The position numbers and the translations under genes are program-made. The notes below the pieces were generated by a model. That model did not search any database. It was not told the origin of the DNA and was given only the letters and a program-made list of their open reading frames with translations. Below are positions 42,083 through 55,727 of a stretch of DNA of 64,000 nucleotides, piece after piece. Where the stretch lies: contig OX597828.1 of assembly GCA_951406725.2 (NCBI GenBank), positions 61,070,001 to 61,134,000 on the forward strand, given 5' to 3'. Source of the stretch: Octopus vulgaris. Taxonomy: Eukaryota. Positions within the stretch are counted from its first letter, which is position 1. Every line of letters starts with the position of its first letter.

Positions 42083-42365
42083 GGCGTGTGGTCTAGTGAT
42101 TAGTGTGTTGCACTCCCGATCGTGAGACCGTGGTTTCTATTCCCAGACCAGCCGTGCGTTGTGTTCTTTAGCAAGACAGTGAATTTCACGTTACTTCAGT
42201 TCACTCGGCTGTAAATAGGTAACTCTGCGTCGGATTGCTATTCCATTTAGGAGGAATGTTGGCTTGCCAGGCTGGATGGCATCATTCGAAAGCTAAAACA
42301 CTGCAAAGTACATTGGGAACAGCGGTGTATAACAACATCCGATAGTCTGGCCGATACCGTGATAC
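42083..42365 (+). mobile_element. SINE related to family C
   Basis: GGCGTGTGGTCTAGTGATTAG...CGATCGTGAGACCGTGGTTTCTATTCCC...GCGTTGTGTTCTT. Confidence 0.7.
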
Positions 42366-42639
42366 CATGATGTATGTATAAATGGATGGATTAATATATG
42401 CAAGTAGTTAGGTAGGTGTGTACGTGGATGTATGTCTTATCAAAAATACGACTAATTTGTAGTTCAATATATATTTGTAGATATGGCGAGCAGCTTTTCT
42501 GTTAAATATATTCTGTTGGAAACATGATTATGTTCTAATTTAATCTTTTATTTGAAATTTTTCTCGTTAGGAAGAATAAAGTTCCCAAATTTATCTTCAT
42601 CAACGTTTCCAGGCTATCTCAGCCTCATGCTCAGGATAT

Positions 42640-43040
42640 GGAGCGGTTTTAATTGCCTTTGTGATGTCTATTTTAATAAGGAGCGTGGAGGCTTAGATTC
42701 TTTCATTCTAAATTGCAGAGGTTTGAGTTAATCTTTCGCCTATGGAAAGTATTTTGGAAATTTTATGGTTGCAGAAGTCATCTAGTGTTTTATTCCTACC
42801 CTTTGGTGGAAGATAATTGCTTCTGCTTTTAACCAGTGATTCATCTTCGTTGTTGTAGTCGGTTAGTGCTTCTGTAAGTCGTAGTTTCCTTCAGAATTCC
42901 GAAATATTGTCTTTAATTTCATTCTGGTTAGATCTTCGTGGGGGTTAGGGTAAATTTTAATCCTTTAGCTAGTATATTGATTTTTGTTGCAGGGGGAGTT
43001 TGCTTTTATAAATTTATTACTTTCGGTTTCTCCTGTATAT
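42640..43040 (-). mobile_element. Penelope-like element N-terminal fragment (inverted)
   Basis: The minus strand reads LAKGLKFTLTP (PLE 'L.KGL.F.P' motif) near 42940-42970. Confidence 0.6.
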
Positions 43041-43259
43041 TTTATTTCAACGTAAGAAGAAACTCGACCTACGGAATTCAACCTATTTACCCAGACTGCA
43101 AAAGCAACCCCCAGCATTTCAAATATAATTAATAACACTGACAATTTATACCAACAAAGAAACTCGAACTACGTAATTCCAACAAAGTTACTCATACAGC
43201 AAAACCAGCTTCCTAGCAATTTAAATATAATTAATAATACTGACAATTTTACAAACGAA

Positions 43260-44520
43260 ATTACAGTAAGCATTTTTTAGACCGTTAAGACCTATCTATT
43301 ATAGCTGGTCCAGCCTGTGAAACCCCACCGCCTAAGCAACTTTTTAGACATCCTACTGAAACTCTTGTTGAAATACATCAAAAGTTTCATTAGAGGCGAT
43401 CTAAATATACTGAACCACCTACCAAAAACAACTAATGAAGAGACACTAATGGTTTCCTTCGATGTTATTGATCTGTACACCAATATTCCACACGACTATG
43501 GAATACAAGCAATAAAATTCTGGCTGGGAAAAATTCCCCGAAAAACTTCCGGAACGCATAAACCATGTTTCAAGTTTTTATTATTGAAACTTTAAAATTT
43601 ATACTTCAGAACAATTGTTTCCTATTTGATGACGCCTACAACCGACAAAATTGTGGAATCGAGATGGAAACGAAAGCATCCCTGAGTCACTACAAAAATA
43701 TGGATACACATTTTACCATTATATAAGAGAGAACTAGAAAAGATATCTGGATGACTGCTTTATCATTTGGAATGAGACCATTGATAAACTTTTGGAATTG
43801 AAATCAATACTAAATAGTATAAACCCAAACATTCAGTTTACAATGGAATATAGCAAAGAACATCTCCCTTACTTAGATATTTTGATAATAAAAAAATAAG
43901 CAACCAAATTGTAACCGACATTTATCATAAACCAATAGACTCGAAGCAATATCTTTTGTTTAGTTCATGCGACCAGAAACATAAAAAAAATATTCCCTTT
44001 TATTTAGCGAAAACTGTTTGCACAATAGCGATTGATGGAAATACTCGAGACCTCCGTCTTCAAGACCTCAGAACATCTGCCCTGACTTATAGATATTGGA
44101 ATTAATCGTGCCAGGAACATAAGCATTAAAACACTAAGGGAAACAAAACCAAACACCACACCTCATCTCAAAATACTACCGTATATTTCGACACACAACC
44201 CTAGATACAATGCGGCATGCAACACCATTATACAAAATCTACCAATGCTCACTAGGGATCCAAAAATGAACTACATTCTTAAAACATAAATTCATCAAAT
44301 GTAAAAAGCAATCCAAATCGCCGAAAAGACTACTGACAAATGCAAAACTATACACGACAACCACGAAACCAATGGTAAGAAAATGTGGACGTCCAAACTG
44401 TGAAACATGCCCCAACCAACTGGAAGGCCCCGAATTCCAATTCAAACAAGGAGAGAGGTTCACAATTAAGACTAACTTCACTTGTACATCCGAGAATTTA
44501 ATTTATAACTTATTCAGGTT
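43260..44520 (+). mobile_element. Penelope-like element RT plus start of GIY-YIG, decayed
   Basis: LRPIIAGP-like segment, VSFDVIDLYTNIPH, YLDDCFII, YLDILI, KPIDSKQYL, KCGRPNCETC...FTCTSENLIY. Same family as the 10-11 kb copy. Confidence 0.9.
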
Positions 44521-44529
44521 GTGGAACTG

Positions 44530-46100
44530 TTCTGTTCTTGATATGTATTTGAGTGATAATACAGTTTGAAATAATGTATTTCTTTGTTGGAGTATGGTCC
44601 AATGTATTTGTTGCATTGTATGTCTGTTGATATTCATCAGAAGCTTAACTACGATTTATTTAATATTGTGGATTTCTTTATCACGAGTTTCATTTGGGGA
44701 AAGAATTTAAATGCTCTTCTAAGTAGTGATTTTACCACTGACATTTTGTAGTTATGTTGGCATTTGCCATCGCTATACTGATACATTCTTTGTATAAGCT
44801 GATGTAATGTTTCTATTACTTTTTATCTGAATATTTATGTCTAGAACCAGAGTCGTATTTGTATTGTTTTAAAACTTAAGTTTTAAAACTTAGTTGTTCT
44901 GTAGATCCCTCATTAGTTTCTCGATGTCTTCTGGTGTGTACATGGCAAGTAGTTTATCGCCTCAGCATATTGTGTATATTAAATGTTTGTGTTTAAGTAT
45001 CATTTTGTTTTCTATGGTAGCCAAGTAGAATGTGGCAAATGTAGGTGTTGTGGAACTACTCTATCTTTATCAGAGGATTCCAGTATAATCCATGGGTTGG
45101 AGAGGTGCAGCTGAAGTGTACGAGAGTAGAAAGTTCAGGTAGAGAATCCAGTGTAGAAGGTGTAAAAGTTCGTTGGGTAATGAGAGGAGACAGGATCGGC
45201 ATAGCTTGCCATGTGGTCAGCAAAACGGTATTCCCATTTTGCGATTTACTAGCAGTTTTTAAAATTGTTCTTGATATGAATGTCTTTGTTTTGGAGCGTT
45301 TGTATACGTTATCAAATATTATTTTGATTGATTTTGCTACAGGAACATTGGCAAAAGGATTTTCTGTATCTAGGATAGAAGTAATACACTTTTCGTTTTG
45401 GTACAGTAATTCGCCGGCATATTTTTCGTGTTATCTATTTGTTTGATGATAATAGGTGTATTTATCTAGGATATTATGAGTAGGAAAGGGTTGTTTTGTT
45501 TATGAAATTTGCCTCGAGAATCTTCTTCGATGTGACAAAAGTACGGGGATCCTCTCTGTGCATTTATCACGATAATTATTTTACTTGATAGGTGTTGTCT
45601 TTTGGTATCTTTATAAACTTGTTTCTGCATTTAAACAAGTTGTTGAATTGTCTAATGTATTCATCCCTTTTCATTATTACGAACACTTTGCTTTTGTTGA
45701 CGGTGCATATTTTTATATGGCCGTTATATTTTAATTCATGTACGGTTTGCTTGAATCGCTTGTTGAGTATTTGGTTATTCTTTTGTAGGTATCGATTTTT
45801 ATTGCATTAACCTCGAAATAAATCTTAGAATTTACCAGTGACTTTCTTAATGTTTGTATCCATCAGATATTCTAACTTTTAACATAGTCGTTTAATTTCA
45901 ACTTGTTTCTTCTCTTAGTCGCATTTTGATGGCAGATGGAATTTGGTATCAAGAGTGAGGAGCGTGGCTTGATCTGTGTTATGTGCATGTTATGATACGC
46001 TAACAAATTTATCGTCTTTTATGTGCAACATGATTTTTCTTTTTTTTTTTTTTTACCTAACTTCATTTCTTTGTCAATTGGTCTAGATAGTGCTGTCTGC
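44530..46100 (-). mobile_element. Second, more degraded Penelope-like RT fragment
   Basis: Minus-strand remnants such as GKFHKQNNPF, PTFATFYLATIENK and LVLDINI resemble PLE RT motifs. Followed by a repeat (46360-46510) similar to 42540-42660. Confidence 0.5.
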
Positions 46101-46640
46101 ATGCTATCTAGAGATGCGTATATATTCCTTAATAAACGTCTTTCACTTAGTGATTTATGTGTTTCCTTCGCAACTCTATAATTTGGATTTGTATATTTTC
46201 TACCACCTGAGCTGCTTTATGTATTTCACATACGACGACATTCTTCCAGAAGTCTTTTACATTTTTTGTGTTTGGGTGTTTTATCGTGTTGCTTGATAGT
46301 CATCTATTCGGGGGAATAGCACTTCTTTTAAACATGTTGTAGTGAAAACACAACCATATTTTAATTTAGTCTTCTTTATTAAAGTTTTCTCGTATATGCT
46401 TAACAAATCTTTTTCATTCGTTTGGAAATATATAGTTCCTAAATTTGTTTTTATCAACGTTTCCAGGCTATCTCAGCCTCACCTTTAGGGTGTGGAGTGG
46501 TTTTGGCTTTTATGCTGCACTCTTTACAGAAGGCAGCTTATGTTTATGCAGACGTTCCCACCTGATTTTGACCGTTGCAATCCTACCTCGTCAGATTTAC
46601 GTTTTTGACTAATATTATATGCTGAGTGTAGCCTTGTTCC

Positions 46641-46778
46641 GATATTAGTTTTGCTTCTATTTAGTTATGATATTAGTTTTGCTCCTATTTACTTACGATA
46701 TTAGTTTTGCTTCTATTTAGTTACGATATTAGTTTTGCCTACCTATTTAGTTACGATATTAGTTTTGCCTACCTATTT
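46641..46778. repeat. Minisatellite, about 28-30-bp unit x5
   Basis: GATATTAGTTTTGCTTCTATTTAGTTAC in tandem copies with no spacers. Confidence 0.9.
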
Positions 46779-49701
46779 CTGCAGGAAATTCTAAAATGTT
46801 CGGAAGTATTTTCCGTTAATGTTTTCCAGTAGGGTTTTGACTTTGACATTAATGTGAATGAACTCTGATTTCAAATTTGAAAATAACTGCAGGCTTCTTT
46901 TAGCTAATCAATAAATAGATATTTTGGTGGCAGGCATTAAAAGACCTGGTAGAGCAAGGGACACAATACTTTAGTTGCTTATTTAGATTGTTCTGAGTTC
47001 AAATCTCGCAGAGTTCAGCTGCACCTTTTATCATACCTAGGTCAATAAGATAAGTGCCAGTTAAGTCTTAAAACCTGTTGGAACAGTTACATGCCATACA
47101 AAAAATTCTTAGATTTGTTTCAATATCACATCTCAATAGATATATTTTCTAACAAAATTAAAATTTTGTCGTAATGAACTGAATTTCGTATTGATTTGTC
47201 CCGTTTTCGGAATTCTGCTCTCAAATGGTCTTGTGCCTATCTCTGAGTCTTAGGATGTTAACTGAATGATGGATCTCATTCTCCTTGATAGCATGCATGT
47301 CTATTGCGGGAGGAATTCAATTCAACAATGCAAGCCAATGAATTACTCGTTATTTGATGATAGAACTGCTTAAAGCTGTGAATTACATGCCCCATCGTGC
47401 TTTGACTATGAACAGAACGTAGTGGCCAGGAAGATGTACAAACTATTGATTCCTTAGCAATTTTTCTGGTACTCTATCAATTAATCCATCTATGTCTCGT
47501 CAATATTTCAAGCTACTGTATAATGACGAGCTGACGGGGAAGGCAACTAGGTATCCAATTCTTCTTAAAACCATATCCTACTTGTTTTCAAAATAGAAGA
47601 GATATTGAACATCACTGTCTTAGATTCACTACTTGAAATAAAGACAGGACAGTCGGAGCTGGAATAACTGCGAACATAGCTCTACTTATTCAAAGCTCAC
47701 CTAAGGTTACACAACAACGATGTAAAGTACTCTACTATTGACATGATTATACCCAGTATTTTTACCAGTTGCCTCGCGTTGATATGCGTTTAACAGCATA
47801 AATCGTTAAATTGGTGTTCTAGGTTAGTCCTAGAATTTAATCTATATTTAAATGGGGAATATGACATTGCATTAATGTTGAAATACTTTTACACGTAATT
47901 TTACCGTATAAATCTTTCATTAGTTGGATGCCTGTTCTGCTTATCAATAAAATATTGATGTATTGATAAAGTTTGCGTGAATGGTACAAGATTATAACTT
48001 AGTAAAGTTTCTGTTTTTTAATTAATCATACTACTCTACTACTCTTATACTTAAATGAGTTTTAGCTTTTTGAAATTACTTGACTTGGAAAGCAAACGAT
48101 TTAAGAGAAAATGATAATGCGGGTATTGTGAAATGTTTTCTCAATTATTCTCAAATAAGCCAGCAATTATACAACTCATCTATACAATACCTCTACAGTA
48201 AATGACATACAATATCAGATAACTTTAATTTTTCTGAATTAGCGAAGGAGGCTCCATCTGGTCACTCGACCTGTTCGAAATCGCACCCTAGTCTCCATGA
48301 AATCATATACGTATCATACTGTCATTAAAGAAACCGTATGACACATTGAATAATGTCTTGAATACACTGTTTGAATAAAAGGCGCAATGGAATGCTTTCA
48401 CTTATTTTCCTGTACTTTTCCCATTTCTCTGAATACAGAAGCTAAGATTACATTCTACATGTTTCTATTAATAAAGTTTACAAATACATAGTATTTGTTT
48501 AAATAACTTAGTTAAAGTAAGTTCGTGTATCAAGGTAATCTGTGTTATCCTGTTTCGGGATATTTTATTACTTTGAAGAACGATCTTATCCGAAACCCAT
48601 ATCTAACTTCTCATGACACACGAATTTCTTCTACACTATCAATTTCATTTACTGCTTTATTATTAAAAAAATTTTTAGGGGCAGACTATCGGTAGTTTCT
48701 ATGAGTTTTCGTTTTTTTCTGTCTGTAATCATTGGAAGCTTGATTTGAGCTGTAGATAAGACATGTCTGTCTAATTGAGCCAATCCCAGAAAAAGCCTGT
48801 GGGGTAGCATAATATCTACATTTGCCTTCTCGTGGTGATTGGACGGAAATTATGCAAATAATATAATTTCAGTAGATATATTAGAAATACTTTACTTTTG
48901 TACCATTGCATTTTCTTTCTTTTTTCATGACTGATGATTTGTGGAAAATCTCTTTTGACTCAAAATAGAAAACTCTGTATTGAACAGTTTTGTTGAAATG
49001 TCACAAAACAGGTTCTTACTTGGGAATCAAGAGTCATGCATTCTCACAGCCACATTCCATTATTTCTTTGCGTTTTGAGTACTTTTTTCGCTTTCTAATT
49101 TTAGAAATTGTTTTATGAAAGATTATTTGGAAGAAGACCAAATAAATAAATGAATAAATTTCATCCTCTTATCAAGTTATATCTCTTGCACAACCCACAA
49201 TTATTGTTTAGCATATATTAAACCAGAAGTATTTAAGGTTTCTATTAAATTATAGATAATACGAAAGTTAATCTCTTGTTGATTTCAGAAAGATGTTTAG
49301 CACTTTATTTTACATTCTGTTACATTTTAAGTTTCATTCAAAACATTCTCAAGCTGGTTATTCCTGTATTATGTCAGATTTCGGAGTTGTAAATCAGTTA
49401 GATGTATATTTCTTTTAATATAGAAACTCAAACATCAAAGAAATCAGGGTTTCATTGGATTGCACGTTATACAAGAGAAAATAAGAATCACCTGGCAATA
49501 ATTTGTAAACTTTTACACAACAAACAGCACATACTTACACATGGGTGCATGTCTGCAGGTACAGACATTTATGTTATGATTCCTGATGGAATTCACTTGA
49601 CTCATGTTGTTGCACAAAAGGCCGCAGTCACAGGACCGAAACAATTAAAACAATAAAAACTATGTCAATTTAATCCTGAGTAACGCCGGGTATCTTTGCT
49701 C

Positions 49702-49769
<68 letters not shown>

Positions 49770-50465
49770 ATGCAGCACGGATTTTGTCAGTGAACAGGTC
49801 GCGGATTTTAGCGACGAAAATATTTTGACAAATTAAACTTAAATGTTGAAGTGAATCGAACGGCTTTTGTGTGTTTCTTAAATGGCTTATAAACACCTTC
49901 AACGCTGCAATTGTTATATATATATATATGACATTAAATAAATCTTCACAGTAAGGAATCGCTTTTGTGTCAAAGTATCACTCACATATTTGAGAGAACT
50001 GTCGACATCGACTTACTTTCTTTCAGTTGAAGATATTCGTGTGTTCGTTGATTTGCGGCTTGCAGCTAAATAAAATTTGACTTATTCACTAGAAACACAA
50101 GGCTTAGCATTGGTATCAAATATTACTTTGTTAAGTATTTCTCCTTGTTACATGATTTTGAAGCCTGCAATAGCTCCATTTTCATTATTGCACACACTCT
50201 TCGTTACATAAACTGATATGTACATCAGGATATAATATATTTTAATCTTCATCTGTTGGTCTGTCCATCCGTTCCCCCACCCCAACATGACTGTAGTTGG
50301 AGGTTACATTAGAAGCGGGGAGAACCACAATACACGAAGTAGAAATATATTAAAACAAAGATTTAGTCAATGAATCTTATGTTCATTCTAGGGGAATTTA
50401 TCAGGAAGTGTATGATGAATTCCACTCAAAGGCAATGAAATGTAACGGTAATGGTCCAGTAAGAG

Positions 50466-50561
<96 letters not shown>

Positions 50562-50599
50562 TCTATTCTATTCTATTCTATCTATCTACATACATACTG

Positions 50600-52250
50600 T
50601 TGAGCGAGAGTCACTGACACGCCTGGTGGATTGGAAGAATGGACTAGCCGAACTCTTATAAAGAGTCGTGGTCGATAGTAGTCAGAGACGAAGGCTGGAG
50701 TTCTACTTTAGATTTTACGTCGGCTGAGGAAGAGATGGTTAAAATTGTGAAGAGACTAGACGAAGTAATGAAGGTGAAGAATTATGCAGAGGCAGTGAAA
50801 GATAAAAGCGAAGACGTGTGTCTGGAGGAGTGAAGTAGATTTAAAGAAATGCTTAGAAAGGAGAGGAACGACGTAAAAGTGCACCCCCAAGAAGTTTTAA
50901 AAGAAAAAAGAAAAAAGAAAAAAAAAAAACATTATTTACAGGACGTACTCAGCAATAAGGAAAATTGAAATCATGTCGACTGCTCAAATCGAAAAGGCAT
51001 TAAAACTAATCTGGCAAGGGATTTCTTACCTTGTCAGAGGAAGAAAGTTTGGAACGGTGGAGGTACAGTTCCGTAAGGTAGCTACTGATAGGCTGCACAC
51101 GGCAACACCCTTAAAAATGGATGAAGGGGTGCACCCATATAACTTGGGAGACGTGCTTCCAGGGTTAGGATAGAAGATACACCTCCAGAAATTGATGTAG
51201 CCTGGCTAGCAGCTGCCATACTGCTGGGCACGGAAGAGATGGTAGTAGTTCTCCAGGCCACCAGATTGCTCCATAAGAACTGGCAAGGGCAGAACCAAGA
51301 TATAATAATCCATGCAGCCCCGGAGGCCTTGAAAACATGGTCGAGACCATCACAGTCGAAGAGATGACACTCAGGATCAGAGTAGAAGGCAGGATCCCGC
51401 GATGCTATAAATGTGGTCTGAAAGGTCATATTATAGTAGATTGTCTTTCGCTACTCGTGAGGACTAAAGGGAAACCCGAGAGCAGGAAGGAAATTGCAAC
51501 TTCACCGATGGAAACCAGTAGCAGCGCCGAGGAAGAGGAGGTGAACGAGGAGAAGAACGGACGGGAAACGGCTGGAAAAAAAGAAGGAAGGGAAGCAAAA
51601 AAGCACACTTTGTAAATGATGATCCCATCCCACACCCACCTGACTCCCACTCACATCCATTCTACCCCAACCTTCCCCTACAGACACCAACCCTTCTCCA
51701 TGCTCCATCTGACACAAAGACAAGCACAAGCACAATGGAGCCCCAAACTTTCCCACCCTTATCTTGTGAGAAAAAAATATGTTATACTGTCCAACGGACA
51801 AAATGGAAAAATTTATAATGAGATAGAGTCATGGGACAGAGCGATAAAAGTGAATACGACAGAAGTTAGGGGATTGCTCGAGTACTTTCATTGTGTGGTG
51901 GCAGACCCTGAGTATATTTTGAGAGTAAAAAAATTATGAGCGGGACTTTGAGTGGTGGGTCAAGAAAATGGTCACCAGCACAATACCAGAACGGGTAAGC
52001 TATCTTGAACTTTTAAAGAAATTTAACATAGACATTCTTCGAAAAGATGAAAGTAAACAAATAGTTAACAAATAATGTTTTAAAAAGTTGTATTAACAGG
52101 TTTAATGAAGTCGCTCGGAGGTGGGGGCCGAACGGCTTCATTTCATTTATCATTTTATTTAATTCATCCTTTCCATTTGTACTCTTTTCTGTTCCCACCA
52201 TGTGATGCCCCTTCTGTGTTAGGCCCTGTGTGGCCAATAAAAGAAGGAGA
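50600..52250 (+). mobile_element. ORF1-only (Gag-like RRM/CCHC) retroelement, tandem unit 1, decayed
   Basis: Broken ORF about 50735-51939: ...STAQIEKALKLIWQGISYLVRGRKFGTVEVQF...RIPRCYKCGLKGHIIVDC. 3' hairpin 52104-52142, AATAAA 52236-52241. No RT or endonuclease. Confidence 0.8.
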
Positions 52251-54167
52251 GCGTTTTGGTAGTAGTTCGTAGTTTGGTCACGTTTCTATTCCGTCAACGT
52301 CGTAGACGCCGTCATACCAAGGTTCCGAGTTAGCGTAAGTTGCTCGTTCGTTTCATGCAATTGTAACGTTATTCTGTTGTGTGTTTTTCTACACTCTGTT
52401 TTTTTGCTGCCTTGCGGCAGTACTGTTAGCGTTTTCCCTCGGTTGAAGGGGAAAGCACTGTGAGTGCTTAGTTCGTCCCCTATGACCTCGTTCGAGGAGG
52501 ACCTGAGAAGAAGTCTGAAGAGGATTGACAAAGTAATGGAAGAAAGGAAGAAAATGAACTTTGCAGCTGCAAGTTGGTGATAAGACAGAAGAAATCTGTA
52601 TCAACAAAAAGGAAATGCAAAAATACAAAGAAATGTTGAAGTGAGAAGGACACGAAGTGAAGGTGTCACCCCCCCCCCCCCGCCCCCAGCAACAATACAA
52701 TATTTATCAAGGAAATAAGTATCACATACAGAACATAAAACCCGAAATCCAACAAGGTGGAGATAGTGGCAAAAGAACAAATGGAAAAGGCACTAAGACC
52801 CATCTGGTTGGATACTACCTTCCTTGCCAGAGGATCGACGTTTGCGACGGTGGAGGTACGGTTTACCAGCAAAGCGATAGCCAGATGTCATTCTGCGACC
52901 TCTATGAAGACAGACGAGGTAGTCATTCTACCTTTCCATCTGGGAAGTTGTGTGTCCAGGGTAATGGTGAATGGAATACCTCCGGAGGTGGACGTAAACT
53001 GGATAAAAGCGGCAATTTTAATGGGCTTCCAGGAAGGGATTACAATCCTACAAGCGACAAAGGTAACCTGCGAAGAATTGGCTAGGACAGACACTGGAAA
53101 TAATAATCCAGAGGACTTGGGAGAAATGGTCAACACCATAGCGGTGGGAGACGAGGTGAGGCTTGGGATTGTGGTGGAAGACAAGAGGCCGAGGTGCTAC
53201 AACTGTGTACAATTGGGACACATAAGGGCCAAGTGCTTTCCCACTCCCTGTAGAAGGACCAAAAGAAGCCCCACTGGAGACCGTGTCTCTAACAGTCGCA
53301 ACATCAAGAATTGAGAGGATGGAAACAAAAACTCAGGAGTACAAAAAGAAAAATCAACAGAATGGACAAAGGTGGGCAAGAAGAAGAGGAAAAGAAGAAA
53401 CTAGCAAACCAGCGAGGAAGAACCCCAACCCATTCCGGTCCCTACCCTCCCGCTCCACACCCTTCCCCCTGCAGACACCAGCCCTCTTCTTAACCCACCA
53501 GACGGGAACACAAATAATGCAAACACACAAGAGCCACAAATTTTCAATGCCCCCACCCAGTGCAAAGGTTTCAGTGAGAAAAGAAGTTGAGATGGTGAAC
53601 TCTGATATAGAGGTGGACACGAAAGATTGTGAGGGGTTAAACCCGAGTTTAAGGTGTTCCCTCCTGTTGATGGAGAATTATCACAAGTTAAAAGACAAGT
53701 ACAGGAGATACGTCTACTCCACGGGAAGAGACGTCGACCTGAACTCGTTACAGCCTAAGGTAAGATTGAATGAAATTTACCCAGGGTCAATAAAAATGAA
53801 CGGTAGTTGTAACCTTAAAGTTTTGACTCAATTTTGAACAGTGATTATCATAGTTTTAACGACATAAGTAATGTTTTGTAACTGTGTATAAAAAGGAGCA
53901 TGTAGTTGCGTATAATAGGATTCAACATAAAACGGTAATTGTTATCATAGTATTTTGACTGTGTAGATGATGTTTTAGATGGAAAAAAAGATAAAAAAGA
54001 AGCAATCTAATGTGTTGTAAAAAAAGATTCAATGAAACTGCTCGGTCGCGCGGTCGAGTAACGTTCATTTTAGTTTTCCTTTTTCAACTCCATCTTTTTC
54101 ATTCGTTCCCTCTCCCCACTTTGTCTGTCCTTGTACCGTCCCCTGTGTGGCAAATAAAGAAAAAAGC
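52251..54167 (+). mobile_element. ORF1-only (Gag-like RRM/CCHC) retroelement, tandem unit 2, decayed
   Basis: Starts at GCGTTTTGGTAG. Broken ORF from ATG 52482 to about 53837: AKEQMEKALRPIWLDTTFLARGSTFATVEVRF...RPRCYNCVQLGHIRAKC. Hairpin 54031-54069, AATAAA 54153-54158. Confidence 0.82.
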
Positions 54168-55727
54168 GCGTTTTGGTAGACCAGTGTGGTGTGTTCGCTT
54201 CCGTGTTACAGTCTGTAATTATCTGAAGTTTATTGTTGAATTGCCGTTCATTTTGTTGCAGATTTTCACTTTTGAGATTACCTTTGTTTAAAAACTGTTA
54301 ATGTCTTGCAACGCATTGTTAGCCTTCACAGGCTGGTTTTCTGTTAGCTTCTCCGTTTGGGAGTGAAGCGTTTACATTTTGTGTAAGGTGTCCTACACAA
54401 AATGGATGACGACACATTTTACGTGTTCTAGGTGTTCTGGGAGAGCGGGGATAAGGCGGACTATATAAGTGATTCGGAAGAAAGTACGGATGATTATGCG
54501 GCCACGGCACGAAGAAGATGAAACGTTGCAACATCAAGTCTGAAGCAATCAAGAATTTCCAGTCATTTCTTCAGGAGGAGAGAGACAACGTGAGGCTAAC
54601 CCCGCCTCCACCAAGGAGGTGATAGAAAAAATGAAGAGAAAACGATTGTTTATAGGACGCTATCTTTGAAGACCAGAAAAATAGAGATTGCGTCAATAGA
54701 GGGAATTGAAAAGGCATTAAAGCCTATTATGTATGAATTGGTGTACGTTAAGCGCGGAAGAAAGTTTGGAACGGTGGAGGTGCAGTTTGTGTAGAAGAGA
54801 GCGATACCAAGATGAACTCGGTGACCACCCTGCAGACAAGCGGAATAGCTCTTTTGCCGTCATATTTCGGCAAAAGAATGACGAAAATAATGATAAACGG
54901 GTTCGGCCTGGAAATCAAACCGATGTGGCTCCTGACAGCGGCCTTCGCCAACATAAAAGAAGAGGTGACACTATTACAGTTGGAAGAAAAAAGTACCCAG
55001 AACTGGTGTGGAAAGGGCCTAAGAGCAACAATCCAGGCCACACCAACAGATATTGATAGCATACCGGAGTTCATCATCCTTCTGGATGATACAAGAGTCG
55101 CTGTTCAGAGCAGAATACCAAAGTGCTTCGGGTGTGGGCAAAAGGGACACATAAGAAAAATGTATCCCCAGGGCCATCAACCTGAAACATAGGGAGAAAG
55201 CCAGACAGAGGCCAATATGCAGCAGCAAAGAATGGAAGAGGAGGAAAATCAACAAGAGGAGACGGTGGAAGGAGAGACAGTCAGGACGGAAGAAGTAACA
55301 CTGTTGACAACTTCTACAAAGTGACAGTGAATGGCAAGTGGCTGGGAGGAAGAGGAAAAACAAAATTATTTGTTTCCCCCCTCCCGCAAACAAAAAAGCC
55401 AAAAATTACAAGATTTTACAAACAAGAACACACATGAACATTTAACAGAAACAAACAAAGAGAATAAAAAAAGAAAAACAAAAGAAAACTGAGGTGACTT
55501 CACCAAGCAAAGTGAAAAAGAAAGACTGGCAATTTATGTTAGATTTTTAAATAAAATGTTCAATGATGTCGCCTGAGTCGTGGGGCACGGGTGACCATCA
55601 TTTCATCTTTTCATTTATTAATCAGAGATTTGCTCATTCGATTTTTTCTTTTTCTTTTCGGCCCCACATATAATGTCCTGTATCATCCCCTCTTTGTTGG
55701 TCCTATGTGGATGATAAAAAAATGAGA
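54168..55727 (+). mobile_element. ORF1-only (Gag-like RRM/CCHC) retroelement, tandem unit 3, decayed
   Basis: Starts at GCGTTTTGGTAG. Broken ORF: KTIVYRTLSLKTRKIEIASIEGIEKALKPIMYELVYVKRGRKFGTVEVQF...RIPKCFGCGQKGHIRKMY. Hairpin 55562-55602, then an A-rich end followed by another GCGTTTTGGTAG. Confidence 0.8.

Noticed and set aside
46641-46778. 28-bp repeats as a CRISPR array
   Set aside because: The units are contiguous with no spacers, there are no cas genes, and the context is eukaryotic.
52104-52142. 3' UTR hairpins starting with AUGA as SECIS elements
   Set aside because: The AUGA pairs Watson-Crick with UCAU rather than forming a GA/GA quartet, there is no apical AA, and the in-frame stops are not conserved between units.
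52257-52275. TGGTAG at the unit junctions as a tRNA primer-binding site of an LTR element
   Set aside because: Conservation stops after TGGTAG instead of extending about 18 nt, and I saw no TG...CA LTR ends or polypurine tract. A Gag-only LTR model is less likely but not excluded.
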